Assembly: GCA_035549015.1 (NCBI GenBank)
Contig: DASZRW010000135.1
Location: 3,387 to 67,386 of the forward strand
Origin: Candidatus Kapaibacterium sp.
Lineage (GTDB): Bacteria > Bacteroidota > Ignavibacteria > OLB7
Direction: 5' to 3'
Length of the DNA: 64,000 nucleotides
The notes under the pieces were generated by a model, which saw only the letters and a program-made list of their open reading frames with translations, was not told where the DNA came from and searched no databases. This document shows positions 17,047-27,600 of the stretch, piece after piece (the stretch's first letter is position 1; each line of letters starts with the position of its first letter). The position numbers and the translations under genes were made by a program.

Positions 17047-19311
17047 ATGAGCGAGACCAACGAACGCCTGTACAATCTGCTTCCGGCCATCTACCGGGCA
17101 CGCGACCTGACGGTTGGAGGGGAGACACTCCGGGCCCTGCTCGGCGTGCTCGAGACCGAGTTCAATTCCGTTGTCGACGACATCGACACGTTGTACGACG
17201 ACTGGTTCATCGAGACATGCCAGGAGTGGGTTGTGCCGTACATCGGCGATCTGCTGGGCGTGCGCCCGTTGAACGAGATCGTAAACGGCGAGTTCACGCG
17301 GCGCGCCTACGTGGCAAACACGTTCGCCTATCGCCAGCGGAAGGGAACGCCGGCCGTGATAGAACAGCTTGCGCGCGATGTCACCGGATGGCCGGCGCGG
17401 ATCGTGGAGTATTTCAAGCTGCTCGCGGTTACCCAGAACTACAACCACTCGCGCCCGGCGAATCAGTTGCTGGATCTTCGGCATCAGAGCGATCTGGAAT
17501 TGCTCGGCTCGCCGTTCGAGAAGGCCACCTACAGCCCGGAGGTGCGAAGGATTGCGCTGCAGCGCGGCAAGTACAACATTCCGAGCGTGGGCATCTATCT
17601 CTGGCGCCTGCAGGCATATCCCCTCGTGCGCGTGGATGCCGCTCCGGTGCTGGCCTCCGAGCGTTCCGATCACGCAGGCCTGTTCCGCTTCAGCCCGCTC
17701 GGCAACGACACGCCGCTGTTCAATCGGCCGCAGACCGAGGCCAGCATTACCACGTTTGCCGGTGAGGTGAACGTGCCGGGACGCCTTCGCAGGCGGCCCC
17801 TGTACGACGAGTTGGAGGAGCGCCGGCGGCTGATGTTGCTGGGGCAGTCCGGGGAGCCGGTCTACTTCGGGCCGCAGCCGGTTCTGGAATTGTTCACGCA
17901 CGCCACCGGAGCGCCCGCCAACACATACGTGGCGGTGCCCCCCGAGAATATCAGCATCTGCGATCTCTCCGATTGGCGCCGCCCCACCGATGCGTCCGGG
18001 CTGATCTCCGTCGATCCCGTTCTGGGGCGCATCTCGTTCGCGGCCCATGCAACCACCGATGCGGTGCGTGTGAGCTATCAGTACGGGTTCAGCGCCGACG
18101 TCGGCGGAGGCGTGTACAACCGCAGCGAAACGCTTGCGCCGGCCGACGACATCAACAACCTGAACATCTTCGTCTCGAAGGAGTATCCGGCCACGGTGAC
18201 CGATACCACGCTGGAGGATACCTCGCACGAGCTGCGGGTGAACTCGATCGCGGCTGCAGTTGCGTACTGGGCCGGCAAGCCGCAGTTGCACTGCGTTGTC
18301 GAGATCCGCGACAGCGCCACCTACACGCAGCCAATCAGCGTGACGTTCACACCGCCCGCCGATCCGGATCTCGGACTCTCGCTGAGAATCCAGGCTCGAG
18401 ACGGGGAGCGGCCGGCATTGATTCTGGGTTCCGGCGCTATCAAGATCACGTCACACCATCCGCGCTCCACGCTCACGCTGAACGGGCTGTTGATCAGCTG
18501 CAATGAGATCTCGGTTGCCGGCGATCTCGGCGAACTGGATATCGTTCACTGCACCGTGGTGCCGGGACGTTCGCTTGGTCCGGACGGCACGCCTGCCGCG
18601 CCGAGCGATGGGAACAGTCTGAACGTGGATGCCACGAACAACCGCCTCGTCGTCAACATCACATCGAGCATCGTGGGGCGCCTTCTGGTGCCGCTGGAGA
18701 TGCGCTCGCTCACGATCACGGACAGCATCGTCGACGGGCTGGATGGCCCCGCGATCTACGGCGGCGAGTCCGTGGTGCTCGAATTCGATGCGATGCCGCA
18801 TTCGATCGGCGGCGGAACCGGAGGTTCGCTGGCGCACGGCATGGGGGACCTCCTGGCCGGCGCACCGACGTCGATCATCAGAAGCACGGTGTTCGGTCCG
18901 GTCTTTGTCGCGGAGCTTGCCTACGCCTCCGAGAGCATCTTCACCGATATCGTGGAAGCGCGCCGGCGACAGTCCGGCTGCGTTCGCTTCTGCTATCTGC
19001 CGGTGGAATCGAAGACACCGCGCCGCTATCACTGCCAGCCGGAAACCGCCGCGAGTTCGGACATCACCGTCGTATCGGACAACGCGGCCCGGCGTGTGGT
19101 GCCGGAATTCACCTCCACGCACTACGGCGACCCCGGTTACGCACAGCTGACAATCACCACCGCCATCGAGATCAGAACAGGCGCCGAAGACGGCTCCGAA
19201 ATGGGAGTCTACTGCCAACTGAAGGGACCGCAACGAGAAGCAAATCTGCGCATCGGACTCGACGAGTACATGCGTCTTGGGCTCGACACTGGAATTTTCT
19301 TCGTCACCTAA
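17047..19311 (+). CDS. P2 gpI-like phage tail/baseplate protein (754 aa)
   Basis: The N-terminal ...YNLLPAIYRARD... matches the Tail_P2_I family opening. It follows the J-like genes as in P2-like and Pvc clusters. Confidence 0.55.
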   Translation: MSETNERLYNLLPAIYRARDLTVGGETLRALLGVLETEFNSVVDDIDTLYDDWFIETCQEWVVPYIGDLLGVRPLNEIVNGEFTRRAYVANTFAYRQRKGTPAVIEQLARDVTGWPARIVEYFKLLAVTQNYNHSRPANQLLDLRHQSDLELLGSPFEKATYSPEVRRIALQRGKYNIPSVGIYLWRLQAYPLVRVDAAPVLASERSDHAGLFRFSPLGNDTPLFNRPQTEASITTFAGEVNVPGRLRRRPLYDELEERRRLMLLGQSGEPVYFGPQPVLELFTHATGAPANTYVAVPPENISICDLSDWRRPTDASGLISVDPVLGRISFAAHATTDAVRVSYQYGFSADVGGGVYNRSETLAPADDINNLNIFVSKEYPATVTDTTLEDTSHELRVNSIAAAVAYWAGKPQLHCVVEIRDSATYTQPISVTFTPPADPDLGLSLRIQARDGERPALILGSGAIKITSHHPRSTLTLNGLLISCNEISVAGDLGELDIVHCTVVPGRSLGPDGTPAAPSDGNSLNVDATNNRLVVNITSSIVGRLLVPLEMRSLTITDSIVDGLDGPAIYGGESVVLEFDAMPHSIGGGTGGSLAHGMGDLLAGAPTSIIRSTVFGPVFVAELAYASESIFTDIVEARRRQSGCVRFCYLPVESKTPRRYHCQPETAASSDITVVSDNAARRVVPEFTSTHYGDPGYAQLTITTAIEIRTGAEDGSEMGVYCQLKGPQREANLRIGLDEYMRLGLDTGIFFVT

Positions 19312-19327
19312 TCACAGGAGTATATAC

Positions 19328-22300
19328 ATGCAAGGCGATTTCACTCGATCGACATTCGACCCGAAGAAGCATTACAGCGGCGTCCGGATGCAGCAGGGGC
19401 GTGTGCAGCTCGATGCAGACTGGAACGAGCAGGTCGATATCGATACGCACCGCGACCAGACCACCACAGCCGATGTGATCGGGCCGTCCGGCGTGCCCGT
19501 TCTCCCGGACGGCACGGCGAACGGTTTCAAAATCATGCTGCCGGGATTTGCCGCGGCCGAGACCAACATGCAGATCGGTGCAGGCCGCATCTACGTTGAT
19601 GGCGTGCTCTGCGAGAACGAGGAGACGGTGTTCCTCTCCACGCCAACGTCTCCGTTCACGGGCAACCGCCAGCCGGACTACGATGACCCTTCGCACAGCA
19701 ACGGCTATCACATCGTCTACCTCGATGTCTGGGAGCGGCACATCAACGCCATTGAGGATCCCTCGATTCGCGAAGTGGCGCTGGGCGGACCGGACACGGC
19801 AACCCGTACGAAGACGGTGTGGCAGGTAAAGACGTTGCCGATCACCTCCCACGGCTCGGGGCCGCTGCACTGTACGGACGAGTTCGCCGAATGGGATGTC
19901 GCCACCGCCCCCTCCTCCGGCAGGCTCACCGCGCGCACGGAGCCCGCACCCAGCAGCGATGGGATCGATCCCTGCATCATTCCACCGAACGCCGGATATC
20001 GCGGCCTGGAGAATCAACTGTATCGCGTCGAGATCCATCGTGTGGATACGGACGGAACGGTTACCTACAAGTGGTCGCGCGACAACGCATCGTTTCAGTA
20101 CGGTCTTGTGGAGTTCGACGCCAACACCGGCGTGGGCGATCCCACGCTGACGGTAACCAGCCTTGGCCGCGATCAGAACTCGAGCCTGGAGGTGAACGAC
20201 TGGATCGAGTTCCTGCCCGCCACGTGGGAGCTTGGCGGCATACCGGGAATCCTTGCCAAGATCACGGCCATCAGCACCACGGACAAGCGTTTGACGCTCC
20301 TGATTCCAGGGAGCGAAGGGGATGCCTCCGACGTTGATGGTGCGATCGGCGCCGGATATATCGTAAAGCGATGGGATTTCGTCGCCACGGTTCCCCCAAC
20401 CACCAAGATCAATGTGGGGGACACACCCGCCTGGATTCCGATCGAGAACGGCGTGGAGATCCGGTTCGAGCCGGGCCTGGGGGGGACCTACAAGGATGCC
20501 TTCCACGTGGGCGACTACTGGATGATCCCCGCGCGCGTCGCCACGCAGGATATCGAATGGCCGTTGGACTCGATGAACCAGTCCATCGCTCTTGCGCCGA
20601 TGGGGATCAGGCATCGCTATGCGCGTCTGGCCCTGGCGCAGTGGACGGATGACGGCTGGGATCGTGTTACGCTGAAGGATTGCCGCCCGACGTTTCTCCC
20701 GCTCACCGGCGTGCCGACACTGGTGTTCGGCTATGCCGGCGGCGACGGCCAGGAAGCCGCTCCCGGCGATGCGCTCCCGATGTACCTGGAGGCTTCCGTG
20801 GTGGAGCGCGGGAAGAAGGTGATCGGTGCGAACGTCAAGTTCACCGTGAAGCTCGGCAATGGCAAGCTTCGCAAGCTGGATGCAGGCGTTCTCGATACCG
20901 TCTACGGCCAGTCCGTCATCGCACCCACCAGCATCAACGGCGTTGCGCAGTGCGAGTTCACGCTGGACCTCGTTACCGAGATCCAGCAGGTTGAGGCGGT
21001 CCTGCTGGATGACGACGGCCTGGTACGCCCGCTCAACGTGATTCACTACAATGCCACGTTCTCCGATGCAGGCAGCAGCTTCACATACGTTGGCGGCGAT
21101 GGCCAGGAGGGGCTGCCGGGCGACTATCTGCGAATGCCGCTGGAGGTTGGTGTCAACCGGAACGGCAAGGCGGTTGGCGGCGCCAGGGTGCGCTACACCG
21201 TTACACGCGGAAACGGTTCGCTGCAGGCCACGCAGATCGCGGGCACGATTGTCACCCTTGTCATGGGGCCTCAGATCATCACGCAGACTGCAGGCGACGG
21301 CGTTGCGAAGTGCGAGTTCCTGCTCGATACCTTCACGCGCGATCAGCAGGTGGAGGCGCGCCTTCTCGACGACGACGACAACACGATCAACGTAACGCCG
21401 ATTCACTTCGACGCCTCGATCCGCTCCAACGTGGAGTTCCTCTACGTTGGCGGCGATGGCCAGGAGGGGCTCCCCGGCGCGCAGCTCGCCGTGCCGTTCG
21501 AGGCCGGGGTAGTGGACGGCGCCGTGAAGCTTCAGGGTGCGAACGTGCAGTTCACCGTTATCAGGGGGGGAGGGTCCATCGTTCCTGCCGGAGGAGGGAG
21601 TCCCGCAACACAGGTTGTGGTGCAGACCGGGCCGGACGGTGTGGCCGGCGTTTATCTGACGCTCGATGCGATCACGCCGGTGCAGCAGGTGCGTGCAGTT
21701 CTCATCGATGGCGAAGGGTCGCCGTTGAACTATACCCCGCTTCATTTCACGGCCGCCCAGGGCCTTGCGCGCGACATCGCCTACACTCCCCCCACCGGCT
21801 GCACCAAGTTCGCCGAGAGTACGACCGTGCAGGAGGCGCTGGACTCGCTCTGCGCGTGCGACTGCGCGGAGTGCCCGCCGATCCTCCATGTTACCGGCGT
21901 CTTCCTCGGCACCGGCACGCCGGCGTTGGGGCCGGAGATCCACTCCGGGGCAACGATTCCGGTGGACTCGTTGCTGCAGGGCATTCGCATTCAGACCGAT
22001 GCGAACGTGGACTCCTTCTCCGTGAAGCCGACCACGGTCTACGGCGAGGTGGAATTCCCCTATCCGATCACGCCGAGCGAGCGCCAGGAGTACGGCCTGG
22101 ACACCATCGATCCCGGCCTGCCGCTCGATGATCAGATCATCGGATATCGTCCGATCGGCGTCCGCTCGCTCGTTTCGGTGGACACGTACGACAACAGTGT
22201 TATCCACTGGGACCCGCAGGCGAATGCCGTGGCACCGCTCGTGCTTGCGTACCACCAGTATCTGCCCGCAGGCACGAAGATCCCGGTGAAGGTGATCGTG

Positions 22301-24544
22301 CGTGGAACGCAGATCTGGGCCGAAGGAGATCCGGCGCGGCTGCTCACCGGGACGGTGTCGCCGGGGACATCGAATTCCGATCCCGCATCAGGCAGGAATT
22401 GCGATCAGCCGGGAGACTTTGTGTTCAACCTGAATGTGTTCGTGCCTACATCGCCCGATCCGTGCCCGCAGATCACATCGGTGATCTTCGATACGCCGAT
22501 CATATCCGGGCAGCCTGCCACGGGCATTATCCAGTTCGACAAGGCGCTGGCGATCGGCGGTGGTGCGAACATGCAGTTCCTCACCGTGCAGAGCGACAAC
22601 AACGCCGTGATTCAGCCGACCGGCATCACGCTGGTTCCGCGGCCGCTCGCCGGGGATACCGGGCATGCCACTACGTTCAACTTCTCGATTCCAACCGAGT
22701 CGCGCCCGACGGCCGACAGGTCTGCACCGGTGGTTCACCTGACCTTCATTTCGGTGAACGGGCAGGATCCATGCCAGCGCAACTTCACGAGCACTGTGAC
22801 GGTCAATCCCGTGCCGTGCCCGCCGGTTGTTTCCTCCACCTTCACGCAGTCGGTCACCGTTGGCCAGCCGATCACCGGACGGATCAAGTTCGCCGAGGCG
22901 TACCAGGTGCAGCGTACGCTCACCATCACCAGCGACCATGCGGACTCCATCGTCCCGAATCCTGCGCCGTTCACGGTTCCGGCAGGGGCGCAGTTCATCG
23001 ACGTCACCATCCCCACGAACGCCGCATCGCCGCTGGACCAGCGTACGCCTGTGGTGCTGACTGTCAACGATCCGTGCGCCGGCCAGGGCGGCGGCGGCCA
23101 GGGTGGCGGCGGCTCATCCACGGCCACGACCGGAACGGTCTATGTTGATCCGATTCCGTGCGAGCATATCGCGCAGTTCTCGTACGATCCGGTGATCGGC
23201 GGCAACGACATCACGCTGCATCTCACGTTCGATCGCCCGCTGTCGCAGGCGCGCACGATCAACTTCAGCAGCAATCCGAGCGTGATCGAGACCAGGAGCG
23301 TGACGCTCACGCCGGCTTCCGGACAGGTGAGCTACAACGTGGTGCTGCATACGACGCAGGTGACCAACACTACCGACGTTCTGATCGCCATGGATCCGTG
23401 CGGCACCGTGGTACGATTCCCGGTGACCGTGAGCAGTCCGCCGTGTGACGATGTCGTGTCGTTCACGGTAGACACCTCCGTTATCGGCGGCCAGGTCCTG
23501 CACGGAACGCTGACGCTGGCGACTCCGCCGGCGGCCAATCGCGACATCGTTGTGCACGTTGACAAGGCATATCAACCCTATATCAACGACGGCCAGGTGA
23601 TTCACGTTACGGCCGGAAGCTCTACGGTGACGCAGTTCACATTGAACACCAATGTCGTCACCGACGTCTCGCACGATGCGGTGATGTGGATCAATCCGTG
23701 CGGCACCGTCGTGTCGGTTGGCACAACGGTCACCAAGATGCCGTGCGAGCTGGTGCAGGATTGGAACTTCCCGTCCGACGTGTACAGCGGCGGAACCATC
23801 AACGGGGTCTCGGCATACTTCAGCTCGCCGGTGGTCTCCACCGAACCGGTCGTCTTCTCCTCCAGCGTTCCGGGCCTCTTCCCCGACATCGTGATACCGG
23901 TGACCGCCGGGGCCACGAGGGTGACGCAGACCGTGCCGGTGGATGTCGCAACGGTGCCTGCCGATACGGCGTTCGACGTGATCGTCACGCGCTGCGGCAG
24001 GGAGATCTTCCGTATCCATCGCGTGATCAAGACGAACGTGATCGACTGGCCGCGAATCAAGGCGGTGACGTACTTCAATCCCGACGCGCCGGCCTCGGCG
24101 TATCAGGTGCACGTTACCACACCGGGTGCCGTTCCGCAGGTCGATATGCGTGAGCTCGGGCTTGCCACGCCGAACAACCGGCTCGGAGTCAAGGTGCAGT
24201 TCTGCGATGTGCTCCCGGATCCGGCAACGCTGAACGATACCAACTTCCGGGTTCTGCAGATCGGCTCCACCACGCCGGTGCCGGTCATGACCAGAGACAT
24301 GGTTGGCGACACGGCGATTCTGACGATCGGTGCGTGGAACCTGACCCAGGGCGGACACTACCAGCTCCAGCTGCGCGGCGCCGGAACCGGTGTGATCGCT
24401 ACCTCCAGCGGAAAGCCGCTGCATGGAGCGTTCGACGTGGTGTTGGATGGAACCGCGTGTACCGGAACGTCAACTACCGGAAGCACGGGCTCTGACTTCA
24501 TGACCAACTTCACGCTGGTCTTCGGGCCCGGAGCGGCAGGCTGA
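19328..24544 (+). CDS. giant multi-domain putative tail fibre / adhesin-like protein (1738 aa) with invasin-type Big_1-like Ig repeats and Cys-bracketed ~95-aa repeats
   Basis: ATG at 19328 has SD AGGAG 8 nt upstream. The N-terminal domain DFTRSTFDPKKHYSGVRMQQGRVQLDADWNEQ looks conserved. Three VGGDGQEGLPG...V(K/R)FTV...G repeats follow, then five to six PCP...DPCG repeats and a GQGGGGQGGGGSS linker. Confidence 0.6.
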   Translation: MQGDFTRSTFDPKKHYSGVRMQQGRVQLDADWNEQVDIDTHRDQTTTADVIGPSGVPVLPDGTANGFKIMLPGFAAAETNMQIGAGRIYVDGVLCENEETVFLSTPTSPFTGNRQPDYDDPSHSNGYHIVYLDVWERHINAIEDPSIREVALGGPDTATRTKTVWQVKTLPITSHGSGPLHCTDEFAEWDVATAPSSGRLTARTEPAPSSDGIDPCIIPPNAGYRGLENQLYRVEIHRVDTDGTVTYKWSRDNASFQYGLVEFDANTGVGDPTLTVTSLGRDQNSSLEVNDWIEFLPATWELGGIPGILAKITAISTTDKRLTLLIPGSEGDASDVDGAIGAGYIVKRWDFVATVPPTTKINVGDTPAWIPIENGVEIRFEPGLGGTYKDAFHVGDYWMIPARVATQDIEWPLDSMNQSIALAPMGIRHRYARLALAQWTDDGWDRVTLKDCRPTFLPLTGVPTLVFGYAGGDGQEAAPGDALPMYLEASVVERGKKVIGANVKFTVKLGNGKLRKLDAGVLDTVYGQSVIAPTSINGVAQCEFTLDLVTEIQQVEAVLLDDDGLVRPLNVIHYNATFSDAGSSFTYVGGDGQEGLPGDYLRMPLEVGVNRNGKAVGGARVRYTVTRGNGSLQATQIAGTIVTLVMGPQIITQTAGDGVAKCEFLLDTFTRDQQVEARLLDDDDNTINVTPIHFDASIRSNVEFLYVGGDGQEGLPGAQLAVPFEAGVVDGAVKLQGANVQFTVIRGGGSIVPAGGGSPATQVVVQTGPDGVAGVYLTLDAITPVQQVRAVLIDGEGSPLNYTPLHFTAAQGLARDIAYTPPTGCTKFAESTTVQEALDSLCACDCAECPPILHVTGVFLGTGTPALGPEIHSGATIPVDSLLQGIRIQTDANVDSFSVKPTTVYGEVEFPYPITPSERQEYGLDTIDPGLPLDDQIIGYRPIGVRSLVSVDTYDNSVIHWDPQANAVAPLVLAYHQYLPAGTKIPVKVIVRGTQIWAEGDPARLLTGTVSPGTSNSDPASGRNCDQPGDFVFNLNVFVPTSPDPCPQITSVIFDTPIISGQPATGIIQFDKALAIGGGANMQFLTVQSDNNAVIQPTGITLVPRPLAGDTGHATTFNFSIPTESRPTADRSAPVVHLTFISVNGQDPCQRNFTSTVTVNPVPCPPVVSSTFTQSVTVGQPITGRIKFAEAYQVQRTLTITSDHADSIVPNPAPFTVPAGAQFIDVTIPTNAASPLDQRTPVVLTVNDPCAGQGGGGQGGGGSSTATTGTVYVDPIPCEHIAQFSYDPVIGGNDITLHLTFDRPLSQARTINFSSNPSVIETRSVTLTPASGQVSYNVVLHTTQVTNTTDVLIAMDPCGTVVRFPVTVSSPPCDDVVSFTVDTSVIGGQVLHGTLTLATPPAANRDIVVHVDKAYQPYINDGQVIHVTAGSSTVTQFTLNTNVVTDVSHDAVMWINPCGTVVSVGTTVTKMPCELVQDWNFPSDVYSGGTINGVSAYFSSPVVSTEPVVFSSSVPGLFPDIVIPVTAGATRVTQTVPVDVATVPADTAFDVIVTRCGREIFRIHRVIKTNVIDWPRIKAVTYFNPDAPASAYQVHVTTPGAVPQVDMRELGLATPNNRLGVKVQFCDVLPDPATLNDTNFRVLQIGSTTPVPVMTRDMVGDTAILTIGAWNLTQGGHYQLQLRGAGTGVIATSSGKPLHGAFDVVLDGTACTGTSTTGSTGSDFMTNFTLVFGPGAAG

Positions 24545-24642
24545 TCGACGGCAGCAGCCGGCGGGAATCCCCGCCGGCTGCCGACCGCATGGGAACAAGG
24601 CGATGTCACCATCCAACAGGAACGGAGTAACGCAAGGCAGCT

Positions 24643-27600
24643 ATGGCAGAAAAGACAGTGATCGTAAGCCCTTCGGCCTCATCCGAGTCCGAGGTGGCCG
24701 AGATCAACACACATCTCGGCGCAGGTTGGCAGATTCGGTCCGCGTATCCGGTGGGACGCAACAGCAATGCCTTGATGGTGGTGCTGGAAGAGCGGGAGGG
24801 GGAGCAGCATCGGGTGTTCCTGATCAGAGATGTTGCCGGCGATGATTCCGCCGGTGCGTCCACGCTGAACGAGTTCCTCACATCACCGGAGGGATCTGGC
24901 GCCCTTGTTGTGCAGCGGTACGATGTGGGCGAGAAGGCGATGCTGCTGGTCTTCGGCCAGCCGGGCGCCGATGCAGCGGCGCTGGTGCGACGTTCCGTGA
25001 TGGTAGGTGATTCCCGTCCGCCGAATGCGGGCGTGGATGGAGTGAATGCATTGCTCGCCGATGGCTGGCAGATCGCTACGACATATGCTGCAGGGAGGAA
25101 CGCCAACACCATACTGGTGATGCTCGAGGAGCGCACCGGACGCCAGGTGCGCGTTCAATTGTTGTACGATGTCGCCGGAAGCTCCACCTCCGGAAGCGAT
25201 GCGCTGAACGAACATCTGACTTCTCCGGATGGACAGCTCCTCTCGGTGATTCGCCGCTACAACGTTGGCGAGAAATCCGTGCTGGCGGTGCTCGGGCTGC
25301 CGCCTGTCGATGTGGATGAAGATCCTGCATGCCCGTCGTGCCCAACCGGACCGCAGGGCCCTACCGGACCTCAGGGCGCTACCGGTCCCCAGGGCGCGAC
25401 GGGTATTGCTGGTGCAACATGGTATTCCGGTCTCGGAGCGCCCGCCGATGATCTGGGTGTTGAAGGGGACCTCTATCTCGATACCGACACGGGTGATGTC
25501 TATCTGAAGACGGCTGCGGGCTGGATCCGCGAAACCACGCTTCGTGGCACTACCGGTCCCATGGGGGCAACAGGACTTCAAGGTGCCACGGGCGTAGCCG
25601 GCGCCACGGGTCTGCGCGGAACCGCGGGACCGCAGGGTGCCACCGGCCTGCGCGGAGCAACCGGCCTCAACGGAGCGACCGGCGCCAACGGGGTTACCGG
25701 CGCGGATGGCGCTACCGGGTGGACCGGCCCGGCGGGACCACAGGGGGCCATGGGCGCTACGGGCCCGATAGGTCCGGCTGGTCCGCAAGGTGCCACCGGT
25801 GCTACAGGACACACGGGTCCCGTAGGCCCGGCCGGCCCCCAGGGTGCCACCGGGCTGAACGGTGTGACCGGCTGGACCGGCGCGATCGGCCCTCAAGGCC
25901 CGATCGGTGTGACCGGCTGGACCGGTGCGATTGGCCCTCAAGGTCCGATTGGCGCAACAGGCGCCACCGGTGCAACCGGCGCGAAGGGAGCGACCGGTGT
26001 TGATGGTGTGACGGGCTGGACGGGCGCGATCGGCCCTCAAGGTCCGATCGGCGTGACGGGCTGGACCGGAGCAATAGGTCCGCAGGGCCCGATCGGAGCA
26101 ACAGGCGCCACCGGTGCGACGGGCGCGAAGGGAGCGACGGGTGTCGATGGCGTGACCGGTTGGACGGGCGCGAAGGGGGCAACCGGTGCGAATGGCGTGA
26201 CGGGCTGGACCGGAGCAATAGGTCCGCAAGGTCCGATTGGTGTGACCGGCTGGACGGGGGCGGTAGGCCCGCAGGGTCCGATCGGCGTGACGGGCTGGAC
26301 CGGAGCAATAGGTCCACAGGGTCCGATCGGAGCAACAGGCGCCACCGGTGCAACCGGCGCGAAGGGAGCGACGGGTGTTGATGGCGTGACGGGCTGGACC
26401 GGAGCGATTGGCCCTCAAGGTCCGATTGGTGTGACGGGTTGGACCGGCGCGATTGGCCCTCAAGGTCCGATTGGTGTGACGGGTTGGACCGGCGCGATTG
26501 GTCCACAGGGTCCGATCGGCGTGACCGGCTGGACCGGAGCAATAGGTCCGCAAGGCCCGATCGGCGCAACAGGCGCCACGGGGGCGACCGGCGCGAAGGG
26601 AGCGACGGGTGTCGATGGCGTGACCGGCTGGACCGGAGCAATCGGCCCACAGGGCCCGATCGGCGTGACAGGCTGGACGGGGGCGGTAGGCCCGCAGGGT
26701 CCGATCGGTGTGACCGGCTGGACTGGAGCGATCGGCCCGCAAGGCCCGATTGGCGCAACAGGCGCCACCGGTGCGACGGGTGCGAAGGGAGCGACGGGTG
26801 TCGATGGCGTGACCGGTTGGACGGGCGCGAAGGGGGCAACCGGTGCGAATGGCGTGACGGGCTGGACCGGAGCAATAGGTCCGCAAGGTCCGATTGGCGT
26901 GACGGGTTGGACGGGCGCGATCGGCCCTCAAGGTCCGATCGGCGTGACCGGCTGGACGGGCGCGATAGGCCCGCAGGGTCCGATCGGTGTGACCGGCTGG
27001 ACCGGCGCGATTGGCCCGCAAGGCCCGATCGGAGCAACAGGCGCCACCGGTGCGACGGGCGCGAAGGGAGCGACGGGTGTTGATGGCGTGACCGGCTGGA
27101 CCGGGGCGATCGGCCCGCAGGGTCCGATCGGTGTGACCGGCTGGACGGGCGCGAAGGGAGCGACCGGTGTCGATGGCGTGACCGGCTGGACGGGCGCGAT
27201 CGGCCCTCAAGGTCCGATTGGTGTGACCGGCTGGACGGGGGCGGTAGGCCCGCAGGGTCCGATCGGCGTGACAGGCTGGACGGGGGCGATTGGTCCTCAG
27301 GGTCCGATCGGAGCAACAGGCGCCACCGGTGCAACCGGCGCGAAGGGAGCGACGGGTGTTGATGGCGTGACCGGCTGGACCGGGGCAATCGGCCCGCAAG
27401 GTCCGATCGGCGTGACCGGCTGGACGGGGGCGGTAGGCCCGCAGGGTCCGATCGGCGTGACCGGCTGGACGGGCGCGATAGGCCCGCAGGGTCCGATCGG
27501 CGTGACCGGCTGGACCGGAGCAATAGGTCCGCAAGGCCCGATCGGCGCAACAGGCGCCACGGGGGCGACCGGCGCGAAGGGAGCGACGGGTGTCGATGGC

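Noticed and set aside
19304-22255. 983-aa minus-strand ORF opposite the Ig-repeat fibre gene.
   Set aside because: It is Arg/Ala/Gly-rich with no domain-like pattern, a typical antisense artefact of a GC-rich coding region. The + strand product has clear repeat and domain structure.
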